A stretch of DNA of 64,000 nucleotides, taken from positions 5,822 to 69,821 of the forward strand of contig CAXHJY010000497.1 in assembly GCA_964016885.1 (NCBI GenBank), given 5' to 3'. This DNA comes from Eledone cirrhosa (Eukaryota). The position numbers were made by a program, and so were the translations under genes. The notes under the pieces are model-generated. The model was given only the letters and a program-made list of their open reading frames with translations, was not told where the DNA came from and did not search any database. Below, piece after piece: positions 10,292 through 23,466 of this stretch. Positions within the stretch are counted from its first letter, which is position 1. Each line of letters opens with the position of its first letter.

Positions 10292-12985
10292 TTAATTGTA
10301 AGTTATGATGTTGCTGTTCCACTCATATTTTCTATTTAATTTTGGTTTTAATTCTTTTATGCTTACTGCCTCTGTAATTTGCCTAAACATTGCGTCTTTT
10401 CTGTGTGTGGATTCTATTTTTATTTCTATGCTCTCTAATCTACCCCTGTGTTCTATCTTAGCATGTTGGTAGAGCACAGATGATTCTTTATTATCTTGAA
10501 GGTCTCGCCAGTGTTCATTTATTCGTTCCCCTATACTACGAGCTGTCTCACCTATGTACACTATATTTTTGTTTCTACATTGTCCTTCAGTACATCTTAT
10601 GCTATACACTACATTTCTAGTTTTACAGTTAATATGGGGGGGCTTATTTTACAGGTTATACATTACTTATCTATATATGAGGGTCTTTGGAACGGGTATG
10701 TCTTGCTAATAAGTGTTTTTACGGAGGTACCAGGTCTTTCTACTATCTTAATATTGAGTTTATGTTTATTTAGGGCCCTTCTAAATTTGTAAGCTAATTC
10801 ACCTCTAGGGGTTGTATCGATTACACTCTGGTATTTATTGCTATCATACCATGAGTTTATTCTATTAGCCTTGTTCCTAGTTCTTTCTATTCTATTCCAA
10901 AATTTGCTCCTATACAAGGGGCAGGTCCCATTTATGTCATTATTTACCATTTTTTTCCCATTTGGTTCTGGCTCCTCTATACACTCTGATTTTATCTCTC
11001 TGATTGTAGCCAGAGAACTGCATACGGTGGATGAAGTGTTGTATGTGTCTCTCTAGTTCTTCCGGGTTGCACATGCGGGACACATTTCTCATCACCCGTA
11101 CCAAATCCGCAATCAGTATGTTGATTTTGGTATGGTCCGAAACGGCCGAGTTTCGGTGGATCAGATGTTTGGAAGTCATGGGTTTGGCATAATGGGAATG
11201 GAGGATTTGTTTTTGGTTGTTAATGGTATATAACCAGAGCTCTGTGTCTAGTACAGGTAATCGATGGTTGGGGTGTTTACTTGGGTAGTCTATAGTAACT
11301 CTAATTCTCTGGTGGATGGAGTTTGCTATTTGCTGGATGCTTTCCATTGTGTTTTTCTCTAGTTCCTGACTGTTCTCTAGTGGGGGTGTCTTAACTACGA
11401 TGTTTATATCATCTACGTAGCGGGAGTACATTATCAGGGTTAAGGGGTCTTCTAATTGTTCTTTAAGTTTAAGTTTAAGTCTACTGTGCCACCATACCAT
11501 GAATAAGTTAGCTATGTCGCCTGCAATGCTAACACCAATGGCTGCTCCTTCCTCTTGGGCATATGTTTTTCCATTAAATTTGAACATATGTTCCTTAAGG
11601 GTTAGTTTTATGCTGGCCCCTACCGCATGTGAAATCATTTTCTTCAGTTCATCGTGGTTTTCGGGTGTCCGTATGGCTCTGGTCCACCCGTTCCATCTAT
11701 CTGTGTGGGTTTTCTTGGCCATTGAGGTAATGGTAGGTGGTCTACCTCTTGCTGGTCTTGTAGGGCACAGGTTGCTAAGGTCATATGTGTCTAGGTAATT
11801 ATTACTATAGGTAAGCTTAAGTAGGAGTCCCAGCTCACTGGTATCAATCCCACGGAACTCTACTTTGCTCTCACTGATCATTTTTACGCATTTCTCCACA
11901 GCAAAATCCACGTCAATAGATGGATACAGGGACACAACATCCATACTGCCTATTATGCAGTTTGTTAGGTCCCCAGATCGGTTACTCACGCCGATTCTGC
12001 TGAGGAGGTCCTCCGTGCTGTCACATACATCTGGGGACATTTCAATGATGGGGCGTATGATCAGGGAGAGGAAGTAGGACAGTCTGTAGTTACTAGCAAT
12101 GTTAGCTCCACAGACTGGCCGTGTTGGTGGTCCCGCGACAGGGTCCCAGCCCGTTTTATGGTCTTTTCGAAGCCCATACAACGCCGGCATGTCATTGTTC
12201 CAGGCCTGGAATTTGTTGGCAGTCCTTTTGTTGGGCTGCATTATATTCGTCCACATCACCATATGGGCATTGAGGGCTTTTTCTCTATCCTGATGCTCCT
12301 GTGGTGTTACCTCTCTTGTGTTAGTGATGTGGGGTTGCATTGCCTGGATGTAGTTTGGCAGGCTGTCAACCGACATTCTGCCAGACTTGTCTGTTGGAAA
12401 GCATGCTATCTCTCCATTACATGAGCGCTGCATGAGCTTACGCAAGCCATTTGCAGATTTTTCTCCCAGTTGCTGGGCCTCCATTCTATTATTCTTCTTG
12501 CTATACTGTTCTATAATATTTCTAAGTTCGGATCTAGCTATACTAAATTGTGCTTCTGTTTGTTCATCGACCTGCGACGGCAATTGCGTGCGTTTGTTAA
12601 ATGGTGAAGTCGTGGCGTGGACTCGTCGCAGGTCGAATGATTTATCGGAGGGATTATAAAACGTAGAGTTCCAGGCTGCTGCTTTATGTGTACGAGTGCT
12701 ATTGTTATTGTTAGTTGTGTTGTTTCTATTTCTATTTCCACCAACAGCCTCATGGTTGTTTCTATGTCTCTCACAATTACTCCTGTCTCTTTCCACTGGC
12801 TCATTGTTCTTATCTACCCTATTTTGTGTGCCTGTGTGTTCGTCTTGGTTATTCTCTTTGTCCTTAGTCTCCCTTCTCTTTTTAATCCTATTACTTTCCC
12901 TTATTTCTGTGATTTCTGTGCTACTGTCATTACTTGTTTTCTGTGTCTGTGTGTTTGTTAGGATTGTGGTGGTGGTGAGAGGCAT
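10292..12985 (-). pseudogene. PLE polyprotein (N/T/Q-rich N-terminus, PTDKSG motif, RT, Cys linker, GIY-YIG), disrupted
   Basis: 681-aa ORF 10940-12985 with DKS, GPPTRPVC, SMDVVSLYPSI, GAAIG and RYVDD; frameshift near 10950, stop at 10663-10665, second frameshift near 10640. Confidence 0.92.
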
Positions 12986-13208
12986 TGAATGTGTGTGTGT
13001 TGTTGTTGTTGATGTGTGCTGTTGTTGATGTGTGTTGTTGTTGTCTCCGTGTGTGTTATTGTTGTTGTGTGTGTTGTTATTGTTGTTTGTGTCTACGTGT
13101 CTGTTGTTGTTGTTTCTGGGTATGTTGTAATTTTTGTTGTTGTTGGTGTGTGTGTTGTTGTTATTGTTGTTTGTGTCTGTGTGTCTGTTGTTGTTGGGAT
13201 GTGTGTTG

Positions 13209-14298
13209 TAGAGAACAGTCAGGAACTAGAGAAAAACACAATGGAAAGCATCCAGCAAATAGCAAACTCCATCCTCCAGAGCATTAGAGTTACTATAGAC
13301 TACCCAAGTAAACACCCCAACCATCGATTACCTGTACTAGACACAGAGCTCTGGTTAGATACCATTAACAACAAAAAACAAATCCTCCATTCCCTTTATG
13401 CCAAACCCATGACTTCCAAACATCTGATCCACCGAAACTCGGCCGTTTCGGACCATACCAAAATCAACATACTGATTGCGGATTTGGTACGGGTGATGAG
13501 AAATGTGTCCCGCATGTGCAACCCGGAAGAACTAGAGAGACACATATAACACTTCATCCACCGTATGCAGTTCTCTGGCTACAATCAGAGAGATAAAATT
13601 AGAGTGTATAGAGGAGCCAGAACCAAATGGGAAAAAATGATAAATAATGACATAAATGGGACCTGCCCCTTGTATAGGAGCAAATTTTGGAATAGAATAG
13701 AAAGAACTAGGAACAAGGCTAATAGAATAAACTCATGGTATGATAGCAATAAATACCAGAGTGTAATGTTCATCGATACAACCCCTAGAGGTGAATTAGC
13801 TTACAAATTTAGAAGGGCCCTAAATAAACATAAACTCAATATTAAGATAGTAGAAAGACCAGGTACCTCATTAAAAACACTTATTAGCAAGACATACCCT
13901 TTTCAAAGACCCTCATGTATAGATAAGAAATGTATAACCTGTAAAATAAGCCCCCATATTAACTGTAAACTAGAAATGTAGTGTATAGCATAAGATGTAC
14001 TGAAGGACAATGTAGAGACAAAAATATAGTGTACATAGGTGAGACAGCTCGTAGTATAGGGGAACGAATAAATGAACACTGGCGAGACCTCCAAGATAAT
14101 AAAGAATCATCTGTGCTCTACCAACATGCTAAGATAGAACACAGGGGTAAATTAGAGAGCATAGAAATAAAAATAGAATCCACACACAAGAAAGACGCAA
14201 TGTTTAGGCAAATTACAGAGGCAGTAAGCATAAAAGAATTAAAACCAAAATTAAATAGAAAATATGAGTGGAACAGCAACATCACAACTTACAATTAA
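13209..14298 (+). pseudogene. PLE RT C-terminus + GIY-YIG, 5'-truncated and disrupted
   Basis: ORF pieces 13209-13549 (premature TAA), 13565-13981 and 13981-14298. Confidence 0.9.
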
Positions 14299-14603
14299 GG
14301 ACAAAATGAAAACACACACACACATAGAACAAACAACTTACAATTGAAAACACACACAAAATGAAAACACACACAAGACAAAATGAAAACACACACACAC
14401 ATAGAACAAACAACCAACCAACAATAAATAAATAAATAAACAAACAAATAGAAAAATATAAATAGAAAAATAGAAAAATGAACACAAACACACACAGACA
14501 CCCGGATGTGGCGCATGCGCAAACTGAGCACGCAACCCACACACAAACAAAATGGCGTAGGATAGAAGAAAGGAAAGGCACAGAAACGAAGAAAGAAATC
14601 GCC

Positions 14604-14648
14604 AGTCACTGAAGAAGTCACAGAGTGTGTGACGAAAGAACTATGACT
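14604..14648 (+). ncRNA. PLE pLTR hammerhead ribozyme
   Basis: agtca-CTGAAGA-a-gtcac-agagtgt-gtgac-GAAA-GAAC-TA-tgact. Confidence 0.72.
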
Positions 14649-14810
14649 ATATATATATAAACAACTATCTGGTTGTGGAACCAACCAACCAACCAACCAG
14701 AAATTTATAAATTTGTAAATTTATAAATATATAATAAATTAAATTGAAGCGAAAGCAACTGGTGCATGTGTTTCTTATTGGCAACATGACCCTCCCAAAG
14801 TATAACAATA

Positions 14811-14891
<81 letters not shown>

Positions 14892-15035
14892 TTATATATA
14901 TATATATATGTATATATATATGTATACATATATATATATATATATATATACATATAGTTTAAAAAGTAATTTAAAAAAATATATGATCATCACTACTGTG
15001 TTTTTTTTTGCAAAATGACAATAATTTTTTTTTTG

Positions 15036-15872
<837 letters not shown>

Positions 15873-15996
15873 TGAATATAGACATAGAATATTCGAAAAT
15901 ATTCTGTATGTTTATAATAAACATTTTGAAGACCTAATCGCTATAGAATAGAATACGTCACGTATTACAATTAGATTCTCGATAAAAGCAAGGGAA

Positions 15997-17279
15997 GTAA
16001 TCTACGCGTTTCATTCTTGTTAGAAATCATCAGGACTACATATCCAGTGCTTTTATCGAGAATGACACAGCTAGAGACTTATAGAATACTTAGCTGTGTA
16101 CAGGAACTGGTTTGAAAGAGCGGTTGCCGGTCCGGCAGAAATTAGAAATTGGAATAAATGCTCTGAAATAGCGATATATATGTGAATATAGACATAGAAT
16201 ATTCGAAAATATTCTGTATGTTTATAATAAACATTTTGAAGACCTAATCGCTATAGAATAGAATACGTCACGTATTACAATTAGATTCTCGATAAAAGCA
16301 AGGGAAGTAATCTACGCGTTTCATTCTTGTTAGAAATCATCAGGACTACATATCCAGTGCTTTTATCGAGAATGACACAGCTAGAGACTTATAGAATACT
16401 TAGCTGTGTACAGGAACTGGTTTGAAAGAGCGGTTGCCGGTCCGGCAGAAATTAGAAATTGGAATAAATGCTCTGAAATAGCGATATATATGTGAATATA
16501 GACATAGAATATTCGAAAATATTCTGTATGTTTATAATAAACATTTTGAAGACCTAATCGCTATAGAATAGAATACGTCACGTATTACAATTAGATTCTC
16601 GATAAAAGCAAGGGAAGTAATCTACGCGTTTCATTCTTGTTAGAAATCATCAGGACTACATATCCAGTGCTTTTATCGAGAATGACACAGCTAGAGACTT
16701 ATAGAATACTTAGCTGTGTACAGGAACTGGTTTGAAAGAGCGGTTGCCGGTCCGGCAGAAATTAGAAATTGGAATAAATGCTCTGAAATAGCGATATATA
16801 TGTGAATATAGACATAGAATATTCGAAAATATTCTGTATGTTTATAATAAACATTTTGAAGACCTAATCGCTATAGAATAGAATACGTCACGTATTACAA
16901 TTAGATTCTCGATAAAAGCAAGGGAAGTAATCTACGCGTTTCATTCTTGTTAGAAATCATCAGGACTACATATCCAGTGCTTTTATCGAGAATGACACAG
17001 CTAGAGACTTATAGAATACTTAGCTGTGTACAGGAACTGGTTTGAAAGAGCGGTTGCCGGTCCGGCAGAAATTAGAAATTGGAATAAATGCTCTGAAATA
17101 GCGATATATATGTGAATATAGACATAGAATATTCGAAAATATTCTGTATGTTTATAATAAACATTTTGAAGACCTAATCGCTATAGAATAGAATACGTCA
17201 CGTATTACAATTAGATTCTCGATAAAAGCAAGGGAAGTAATCTACGCGTTTCATTCTTGTTAGAAATCATCAGGACTAC
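15997..17279 (-). ncRNA. five minimal type I hammerheads, left arm (15997-16039, 16307-16349, 16617-16659, 16927-16969, 17237-17279)
   Basis: reverse complement of gtagtc-CTGATGA-tttctaacaagaat-GAAA-CGCG-TA-gattac. Confidence 0.85.
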
Positions 17280-17525
17280 ATATCCAGTGCTTTTATCGAG
17301 AATGACACAGCTAGAGACTTATAGAATACTTAGCTGTGTACAGGAACTGGTTTGAAAGAGCGGTTGCCGGTCCGGCAGAAATTAGAAATTGGAATAAATG
17401 CTCTGAAATATTCCAATTTCTAATTTCTGCCGGACCGGCAACCGCTCTTTCAAACCAGTTCCTGTACACAGCTAAGTATTCTATAAGTCTCTAGCTGTGT
17501 CATTCTCGATAAAAGCACTGGATAT

Positions 17526-19428
17526 GTAGTCCTGATGATTTCTAACAAGAATGAAACGCGTAGATTACTTCCCTTGCTTTTATCGAGAATCTAATTGTAA
17601 TACGTGACGTATTCTATTCTATAGCGATTAGGTCTTCAAAATGTTTATTATAAACATACAGAATATTTTCGAATATTCTATGTCTATATTCACATATATA
17701 TCGCTATTTCAGAGCATTTATTCCAATTTCTAATTTCTGCCGGACCGGCAACCGCTCTTTCAAACCAGTTCCTGTACACAGCTAAGTATTCTATAAGTCT
17801 CTAGCTGTGTCATTCTCGACAAAAGCACTGGATATGTAGTCCTGATGATTTCTAACAAGAATGAAACGCGTAGATTACTTCCCTTGCTTTTATCGAGAAT
17901 CTAATTGTAATACGTGACGTATTCTATTCTATAGCGATTAGGTCTTCAAAATGTTTATTATAAACATACAGAATATTTTCGAATATTCTATGTCTATATT
18001 CACATATATATCGCTATTTCAGAGCATTTATTCCAATTTCTAATTTCTGCCGGACCGGCAACCGCTCTTTCAAACCAGTTCCTGTACACAGCTAAGTATT
18101 CTATAAGTCTCTAGCTGTGTCATTCTCGATAAAAGCACTGGATATGTAGTCCTGATGATTTCTAACAAGAATGAAACGCGTAGATTACTTCCCTTGCTTT
18201 TATCGAGAATCTAATTGTAATACGTGACGTATTCTATTCTATAGCGATTAGGTCTTCAAAATGTTTATTATAAACATACAGAATATTTTCGAATATTCTA
18301 TGTCTATATTCACATATATATCGCTATTTCAGAGCATTTATTCCAATTTCTAATTTCTGCCGGACCGGCAACCGCTCTTTCAAACCAGTTCCTGTACACA
18401 GCTAAGTATTCTATAAGTCTCTAGCTGTGTCATTCTCGATAAAAGCACTGGATATGTAGTCCTGATGATTTCTAACAAGAATGAAACGCGTAGATTACTT
18501 CCCTTGCTTTTATCGAGAATCTAATTGTAATACGTGACGTATTCTATTCTATAGCGATTAGGTCTTCAAAATGTTTATTATAAACATACAGAATATTTTC
18601 GAATATTCTATGTCTATATTCACATATATATCGCTATTTCAGAGCATTTATTCCAATTTCTAATTTCTGCCGGACCGGCAACCGCTCTTTCAAACCAGTT
18701 CCTGTACACAGCTAAGTATTCTATAAGTCTCTAGCTGTGTCATTCTCGATAAAAGCACTGGATATGTAGTCCTGATGATTTCTAACAAGAATGAAACGCG
18801 TAGATTACTTCCCTTGCTTTTATCGAGAATCTAATTGTAATACGTGACGTATTCTATTCTATAGCGATTAGGTCTTCAAAATGTTTATTATAAACATACA
18901 GAATATTTTCGAATATTCTATGTCTATATTCACATATATATCGCTATTTCAGAGCATTTATTCCAATTTCTAATTTCTGCCGGACCGGCAACCGCTCTTT
19001 CAAACCAGTTCCTGTACACAGCTAAGTATTCTATAAGTCTCTAGCTGTGTCATTCTCGATAAAAGCACTGGATATGTAGTCCTGATGATTTCTAACAAGA
19101 ATGAAACGCGTAGATTACTTCCCTTGCTTTTATCGAGAATCTAATTGTAATACGTGACGTATTCTATTCTATAGCGATTAGGTCTTCAAAATGTTTATTA
19201 TAAACATACAGAATATTTTCGAATATTCTATGTCTATATTCACATATATATCGCTATTTCAGAGCATTTATTCCAATTTCTAATTTCTGCCGGACCGGCA
19301 ACCGCTCTTTCAAACCAGTTCCTGTACACAGCTAAGTATTCTATAAGTCTCTAGCTGTGTCATTCTCGATAAAAGCACTGGATATGTAGTCCTGATGATT
19401 TCTAACAAGAATGAAACGCGTAGATTAC
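17526..19428 (+). ncRNA. seven minimal type I hammerheads, right arm (17526-17568, then every 310 bp to 19386-19428)
   Basis: gtagtc-CTGATGA-t-ttct-aaca-agaa-t-GAAA-CGCG-TA-gattac; predicted cleavage after A17562 (+310n). Confidence 0.85.
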
Positions 19429-19722
19429 TTCCCTTGCTTTTATCGAGAATCTAATTGTAATACGTGACGTATTCTATTCTATAGCGATTAGGTCTTCAAA
19501 ATGTTTATTATAAACATACAGAATATTTTCGAATATTCTATGTCTATATTCACATATATATCGCTATTTCAGAGCATTTATTCCAATTTCTATATGTATA
19601 TATATATGTATATGTATATATATATGTATATATATGTATATATATATGTATATGTATATATATGTGTATATATATGTATATATATATGTATATGTATATA
19701 TATATATGTATATATATATATG

Positions 19723-19771
<49 letters not shown>

Positions 19772-20010
19772 GTATATATATATATGTATATATATGTATA
19801 TATATATGTATATATATAAATGTATATATGTATATATATATGTATATATATATGTTGTTATACTTTGGGAGGGCCATGTTGCCAATAAGAAACACACGCA
19901 CCAGTTGCTTTCACTTCAATTTAATTTAATATATATTTATAAATTTACAAATTTATAAATTTCTGGTTGGTTGGTTGGTTCCACAACCAGATAGTTGTTT
20001 ATATATATAT

Positions 20011-20055
20011 AGTCATAGTTCTTTCGTCACACACTCTGTGACCTCTTCAGTGACT
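20011..20055 (-). ncRNA. PLE pLTR hammerhead ribozyme
   Basis: reverse complement of the CTGAAGA...GAAA-GAAC-TA motif with stem I agtca/tgact. Confidence 0.72.
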
Positions 20056-20351
20056 GGGGATTTCTTTCTTCGTTTCTGTGCCTTTCCTTTCTTCTATCCT
20101 ACGCCATTTTGTTTGTGTGTGGGTTGCGTGCTCAGTTTGCGCATGCGCCACATCCGGGTGTCTGTGTGTGTTTGTGTTCATTTTTCTATTTTTCTATTTA
20201 TATTTGTTTGTTTATTTATTTATTTATTGTTGGTTGGTTGTTTGTTCTATGTGTGTGTGTGTTTTCATTTTGTCTTGTGTGTGTTTTCATTTTGTGTGTG
20301 TTTTCAATTGTAAGTTGTTTATATATGTGTGTGTGTGTTTTCATTTTGTCC

Positions 20352-22103
20352 TTAATTGTAAGTTGTGATGTTGCTGTTCCACTCATATTTTCTATTTAAT
20401 TTTGGTTTTAATTCTTTTATGCTTACTGCCTCTGTAATTTGCCTAAACATTGCGTCTTTCTTGTGTGTGGATTCTATTTTTATTTCTATGCTCTCTAATT
20501 TACCCCTGTGTTCTATCTTAGCATGTTGGTAGAGCACAGATGATTCTTTACTATCTTGGAGGTCTCGCCAGTGTTCATTTATTCGTTCCCCTATACTACG
20601 AGCTGTCTCACCTATGTACACTATATTTTTGTTTCTACATTGTCCCTCAGTACATCTTATGCTATATACTACATTTCTAGTTTTACAGTTAATATGGGGG
20701 CTTATTTTACAGGTTATACATTTCTTATCTATACATGAGGGTCTTTGGAACGGGTATGTCTTGCTAATAAGTGTTTTTACGGAGGTACCAGGTCTTTCTA
20801 CTATCTTAATATTGAGATTATGTTTCTTTAGGGCCCTTCTAAATTTGTAGGCTAGTTCACCTCTAGGGGTTGTATTGATGAACATTACACTCTGGTATTT
20901 ATTGCTATCATACCATGAGTTTATTCTATTGGCCTTGTTCTTAGTTCTTTCTATTCTATTCCAAAATTTGCTCCTATACAAGGGGCAGGTCCCATTTATG
21001 TCATTATTTACCATTTTTTCCCATTTGGTTCTGGCTCCTTTATACACTCTGATTCTATCTCTCTGATTGTAGCCAGAGAATTGCATACGGTGGATGAAGT
21101 GTTGTATGTGTCTCTCTAGTTCTTCGGGGTTGCACATGCGGGACACATTTCTCATCACCCGTATCAAATCCGCAATCAGTATGTTGATTTTGGTATGGTC
21201 CGAAATGGCCGAGTTTCGGTGGATCAGATGTTTGGAAGTCATGGGTTTGGCATAATGGGAATGGAGGATTTGTTTTTGGTTGTTAATAGTATCTAACCAG
21301 AGCTCTGTGTCTAGTACAGGTAATCGATGGTTGGGGTGTCTACTTGGGTAGTCTATAGTAACTCTAATGCTCTGGTGGATGGAGTTTGCTATTTGCTGGA
21401 TGCTTTCCATTGTGTTTTTCTCAGGTTCCTGACTGTTCTTTAGTGGGGGTGTCTTAACTACGATGTTTATATCATCTACGTAGCGGGAGTACATTATCAG
21501 GGTTAATCTGTCTTCTAATTGTTCTTTAAGTTTTTGTTTAAGTCTACTGTCCCACCATACCATGAACAAGTTAGCTATGTCGCCTGCAATGCTAACACCA
21601 ATGGCTGCTCCTTCCTCTTGGGCATATGTTTTACCATTAAATTTGAACATATGTTCCTTAAGGGTTAATTTTATGCTGGCCCCTACCGCATGTGCAATCA
21701 TTTTCTTCAGTTCATCGTGGTTTTCGGGTGTCCGTATGGCTCTGGTCCACCCGTTCCATCTATCTGTGTGGGTTTTCTTGGCCATTGAGGTAATGGTAGG
21801 TGGTCTGCCTCTTGCTGGTCTTGTAGGGCACAGGTTGCTAAGGTCATAAGTGTCTAGGTAACTATTACTATGGGTAAGCTTAAGTAGAAGTCCCAGCTCA
21901 CTGGTATCAATCCCACGGAACTCAACCTTGCTCTCGCTGATCATTTCGACGCATTTCTCCACAGCAAAATCCATGTCAATAGATGGATACAGGGACACAA
22001 CATCCATACTGCCTATTATGCAGTTTGTTAGGTCCCCAGATCGGTTACCCGCGTCGATTCTGCTGAGGAGGTCCTCCGTGCTGTCACACACATCTGGGGA
22101 CAT
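20352..22103 (-). CDS. PLE reverse transcriptase + CxxxxCxxC linker + GIY-YIG endonuclease (uninterrupted but 5'-truncated at the inversion; Neptune-like layout)
   Basis: 583 aa: SMDVVSLYPSI, QEEGAAIG, RYVDD, CIDKKCITC, NVVYSIRC...YIGETARSIGERINEH, RQITEA, LNRKYEW. Confidence 0.9.
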   Translation of the reverse strand: MSPDVCDSTEDLLSRIDAGNRSGDLTNCIIGSMDVVSLYPSIDMDFAVEKCVEMISESKVEFRGIDTSELGLLLKLTHSNSYLDTYDLSNLCPTRPARGRPPTITSMAKKTHTDRWNGWTRAIRTPENHDELKKMIAHAVGASIKLTLKEHMFKFNGKTYAQEEGAAIGVSIAGDIANLFMVWWDSRLKQKLKEQLEDRLTLIMYSRYVDDINIVVKTPPLKNSQEPEKNTMESIQQIANSIHQSIRVTIDYPSRHPNHRLPVLDTELWLDTINNQKQILHSHYAKPMTSKHLIHRNSAISDHTKINILIADLIRVMRNVSRMCNPEELERHIQHFIHRMQFSGYNQRDRIRVYKGARTKWEKMVNNDINGTCPLYRSKFWNRIERTKNKANRINSWYDSNKYQSVMFINTTPRGELAYKFRRALKKHNLNIKIVERPGTSVKTLISKTYPFQRPSCIDKKCITCKISPHINCKTRNVVYSIRCTEGQCRNKNIVYIGETARSIGERINEHWRDLQDSKESSVLYQHAKIEHRGKLESIEIKIESTHKKDAMFRQITEAVSIKELKPKLNRKYEWNSNITTYN

Positions 22104-22197
22104 CTCAATGATGGGGCGTATGATCAGGGAGAGGAAGTAGGACAGTCTGTAGTTACTAGCAATGTTAGCCCCACAGACTGGCCGTGTTGGTGGTCCC

Positions 22198-23126
22198 CAA
22201 AAACAAATCCTCCATTCCCATTATGCCAAACCCATGACTTCCAAACATCTGATCCACCGAAACTCGGCCATTTCGGACCATACCAAAATCAACATACTGA
22301 TTGCGGATTTGATACGGGTGATGAGAAATGTGTCCCGCATGTGCAACCCCGAAGAACTAGAGAGACACATACAACACTTCATCCACCGTATGCAATTCTC
22401 TGGCTACAATCAGAGAGATAGAATCAGAGTGTATAAAGGAGCCAGAACCAAATGGGAAAAAATGGTAAATAATGACATAAATGGGACCTGCCCCTTGTAT
22501 AGGAGCAAATTTTGGAATAGAATAGAAAGAACTAAGAACAAGGCCAATAGAATAAACTCATGGTATGATAGCAATAAATACCAGAGTGTAATGTTCATCA
22601 ATACAACCCCTAGAGGTGAACTAGCCTACAAATTTAGAAGGGCCCTAAAGAAACATAATCTCAATATTAAGATAGTAGAAAGACCTGGTACCTCCGTAAA
22701 AACACTTATTAGCAAGACATACCCGTTCCAAAGACCCTCATGTATAGATAAGAAATGTATAACCTGTAAAATAAGCCCCCATATTAACTGTAAAACTAGA
22801 AATGTAGTATATAGCATAAGATGTACTGAGGGACAATGTAGAAAACAAAAATATAGTGTACATAGGTGAGGACAGCTCGTAGTATAGGGGAACGAATAAA
22901 TGAACACTGGCGAGACCTCCAAGATAGTAAAGAATCATCTGTGCTCTACCAACATGCTAAGATAGAACACAGGGGTAAATTAGAGAGCATAGAAATAAAA
23001 ATAGAATCCACACACAAGAAAGACGCAATGTTTAGGCAAATTACAGAGGCAGTAAGCATAAAAGAATTAAAACCAAAATTAAATAGAAAATATGAGTGGA
23101 ACAGCAACATCACAACTTACAATTAA
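22198..23126 (+). pseudogene. PLE C-terminal RT/thumb + GIY-YIG, truncated, two 1-bp insertions
   Basis: ORFs 22162-22869 and 22866-23126; extra A near 22845 and extra G near 22870 relative to the opposite arm. Confidence 0.88.
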
Positions 23127-23421
23127 GGACAAAATGAAACACACACACACATATATAAACAACTTACAATTGAAAACACACACAAAATGAAAACACACAC
23201 AAGACAAAATGAAAACACACACACACATAGAACAAACAACCAACCAACAATAAATAAATAAATAAACAAACAAATATAAATAGAAAAATAGAAAAATGAA
23301 CACAAACACACACAGACACCCGGATGTGGCGCATGCGCAAACTGAGCACGCAACCCACACACAAACAAAATGGCGTAGGATAGAAGAAAGGAAAGGCACA
23401 GAAACGAAGAAAGAAATCCCC

Positions 23422-23466
23422 AGTCACTGAAGAGGTCACAGAGTGTGTGACGAAAGAACTATGACT
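23422..23466 (+). ncRNA. PLE pLTR hammerhead ribozyme
   Basis: agtca-CTGAAGA-g-gtcac-agagtgt-gtgac-GAAA-GAAC-TA-tgact. Confidence 0.72.

Larger units (their letters stand above)
15873..19592. mobile_element. 310-bp tandem array (~12 units) of a hammerhead-containing non-coding unit, inverted at 17409-17410; candidate non-LTR retrozyme
   Basis: units start at 15874, 16184, 16494, 16804, 17114 (HHR on minus) and at 17411, 17721, 18031, 18341, 18651, 18961, 19271 (HHR on plus); only one substitution noticed (T>C at 17820). Confidence 0.9.

Noticed and set aside
11499-12961. Plus-strand ORFs antisense to the PLE, and likewise short antisense ORFs over the RTE/CR1 elements
   Set aside because: Shadow frames of the real retroelement ORFs with no independent motifs
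12985-13287. Cys/Val-rich ORFs
   Set aside because: Antisense reading of the (CAA/CA)-rich low-complexity N-terminal region of the PLE
15873-19592. CRISPR array or ordinary satellite interpretation
   Set aside because: Units are identical along their full 310 bp with no variable spacers, the context is eukaryotic, and there are no cas genes; the ribozyme and fold argue against a plain satellite
20352-22103. Selenoprotein-type (in-frame UGA) PLE or telomerase
   Set aside because: No in-frame TGA in the intact frame; the C-terminal GIY-YIG identifies an endonuclease-bearing PLE, not TERT
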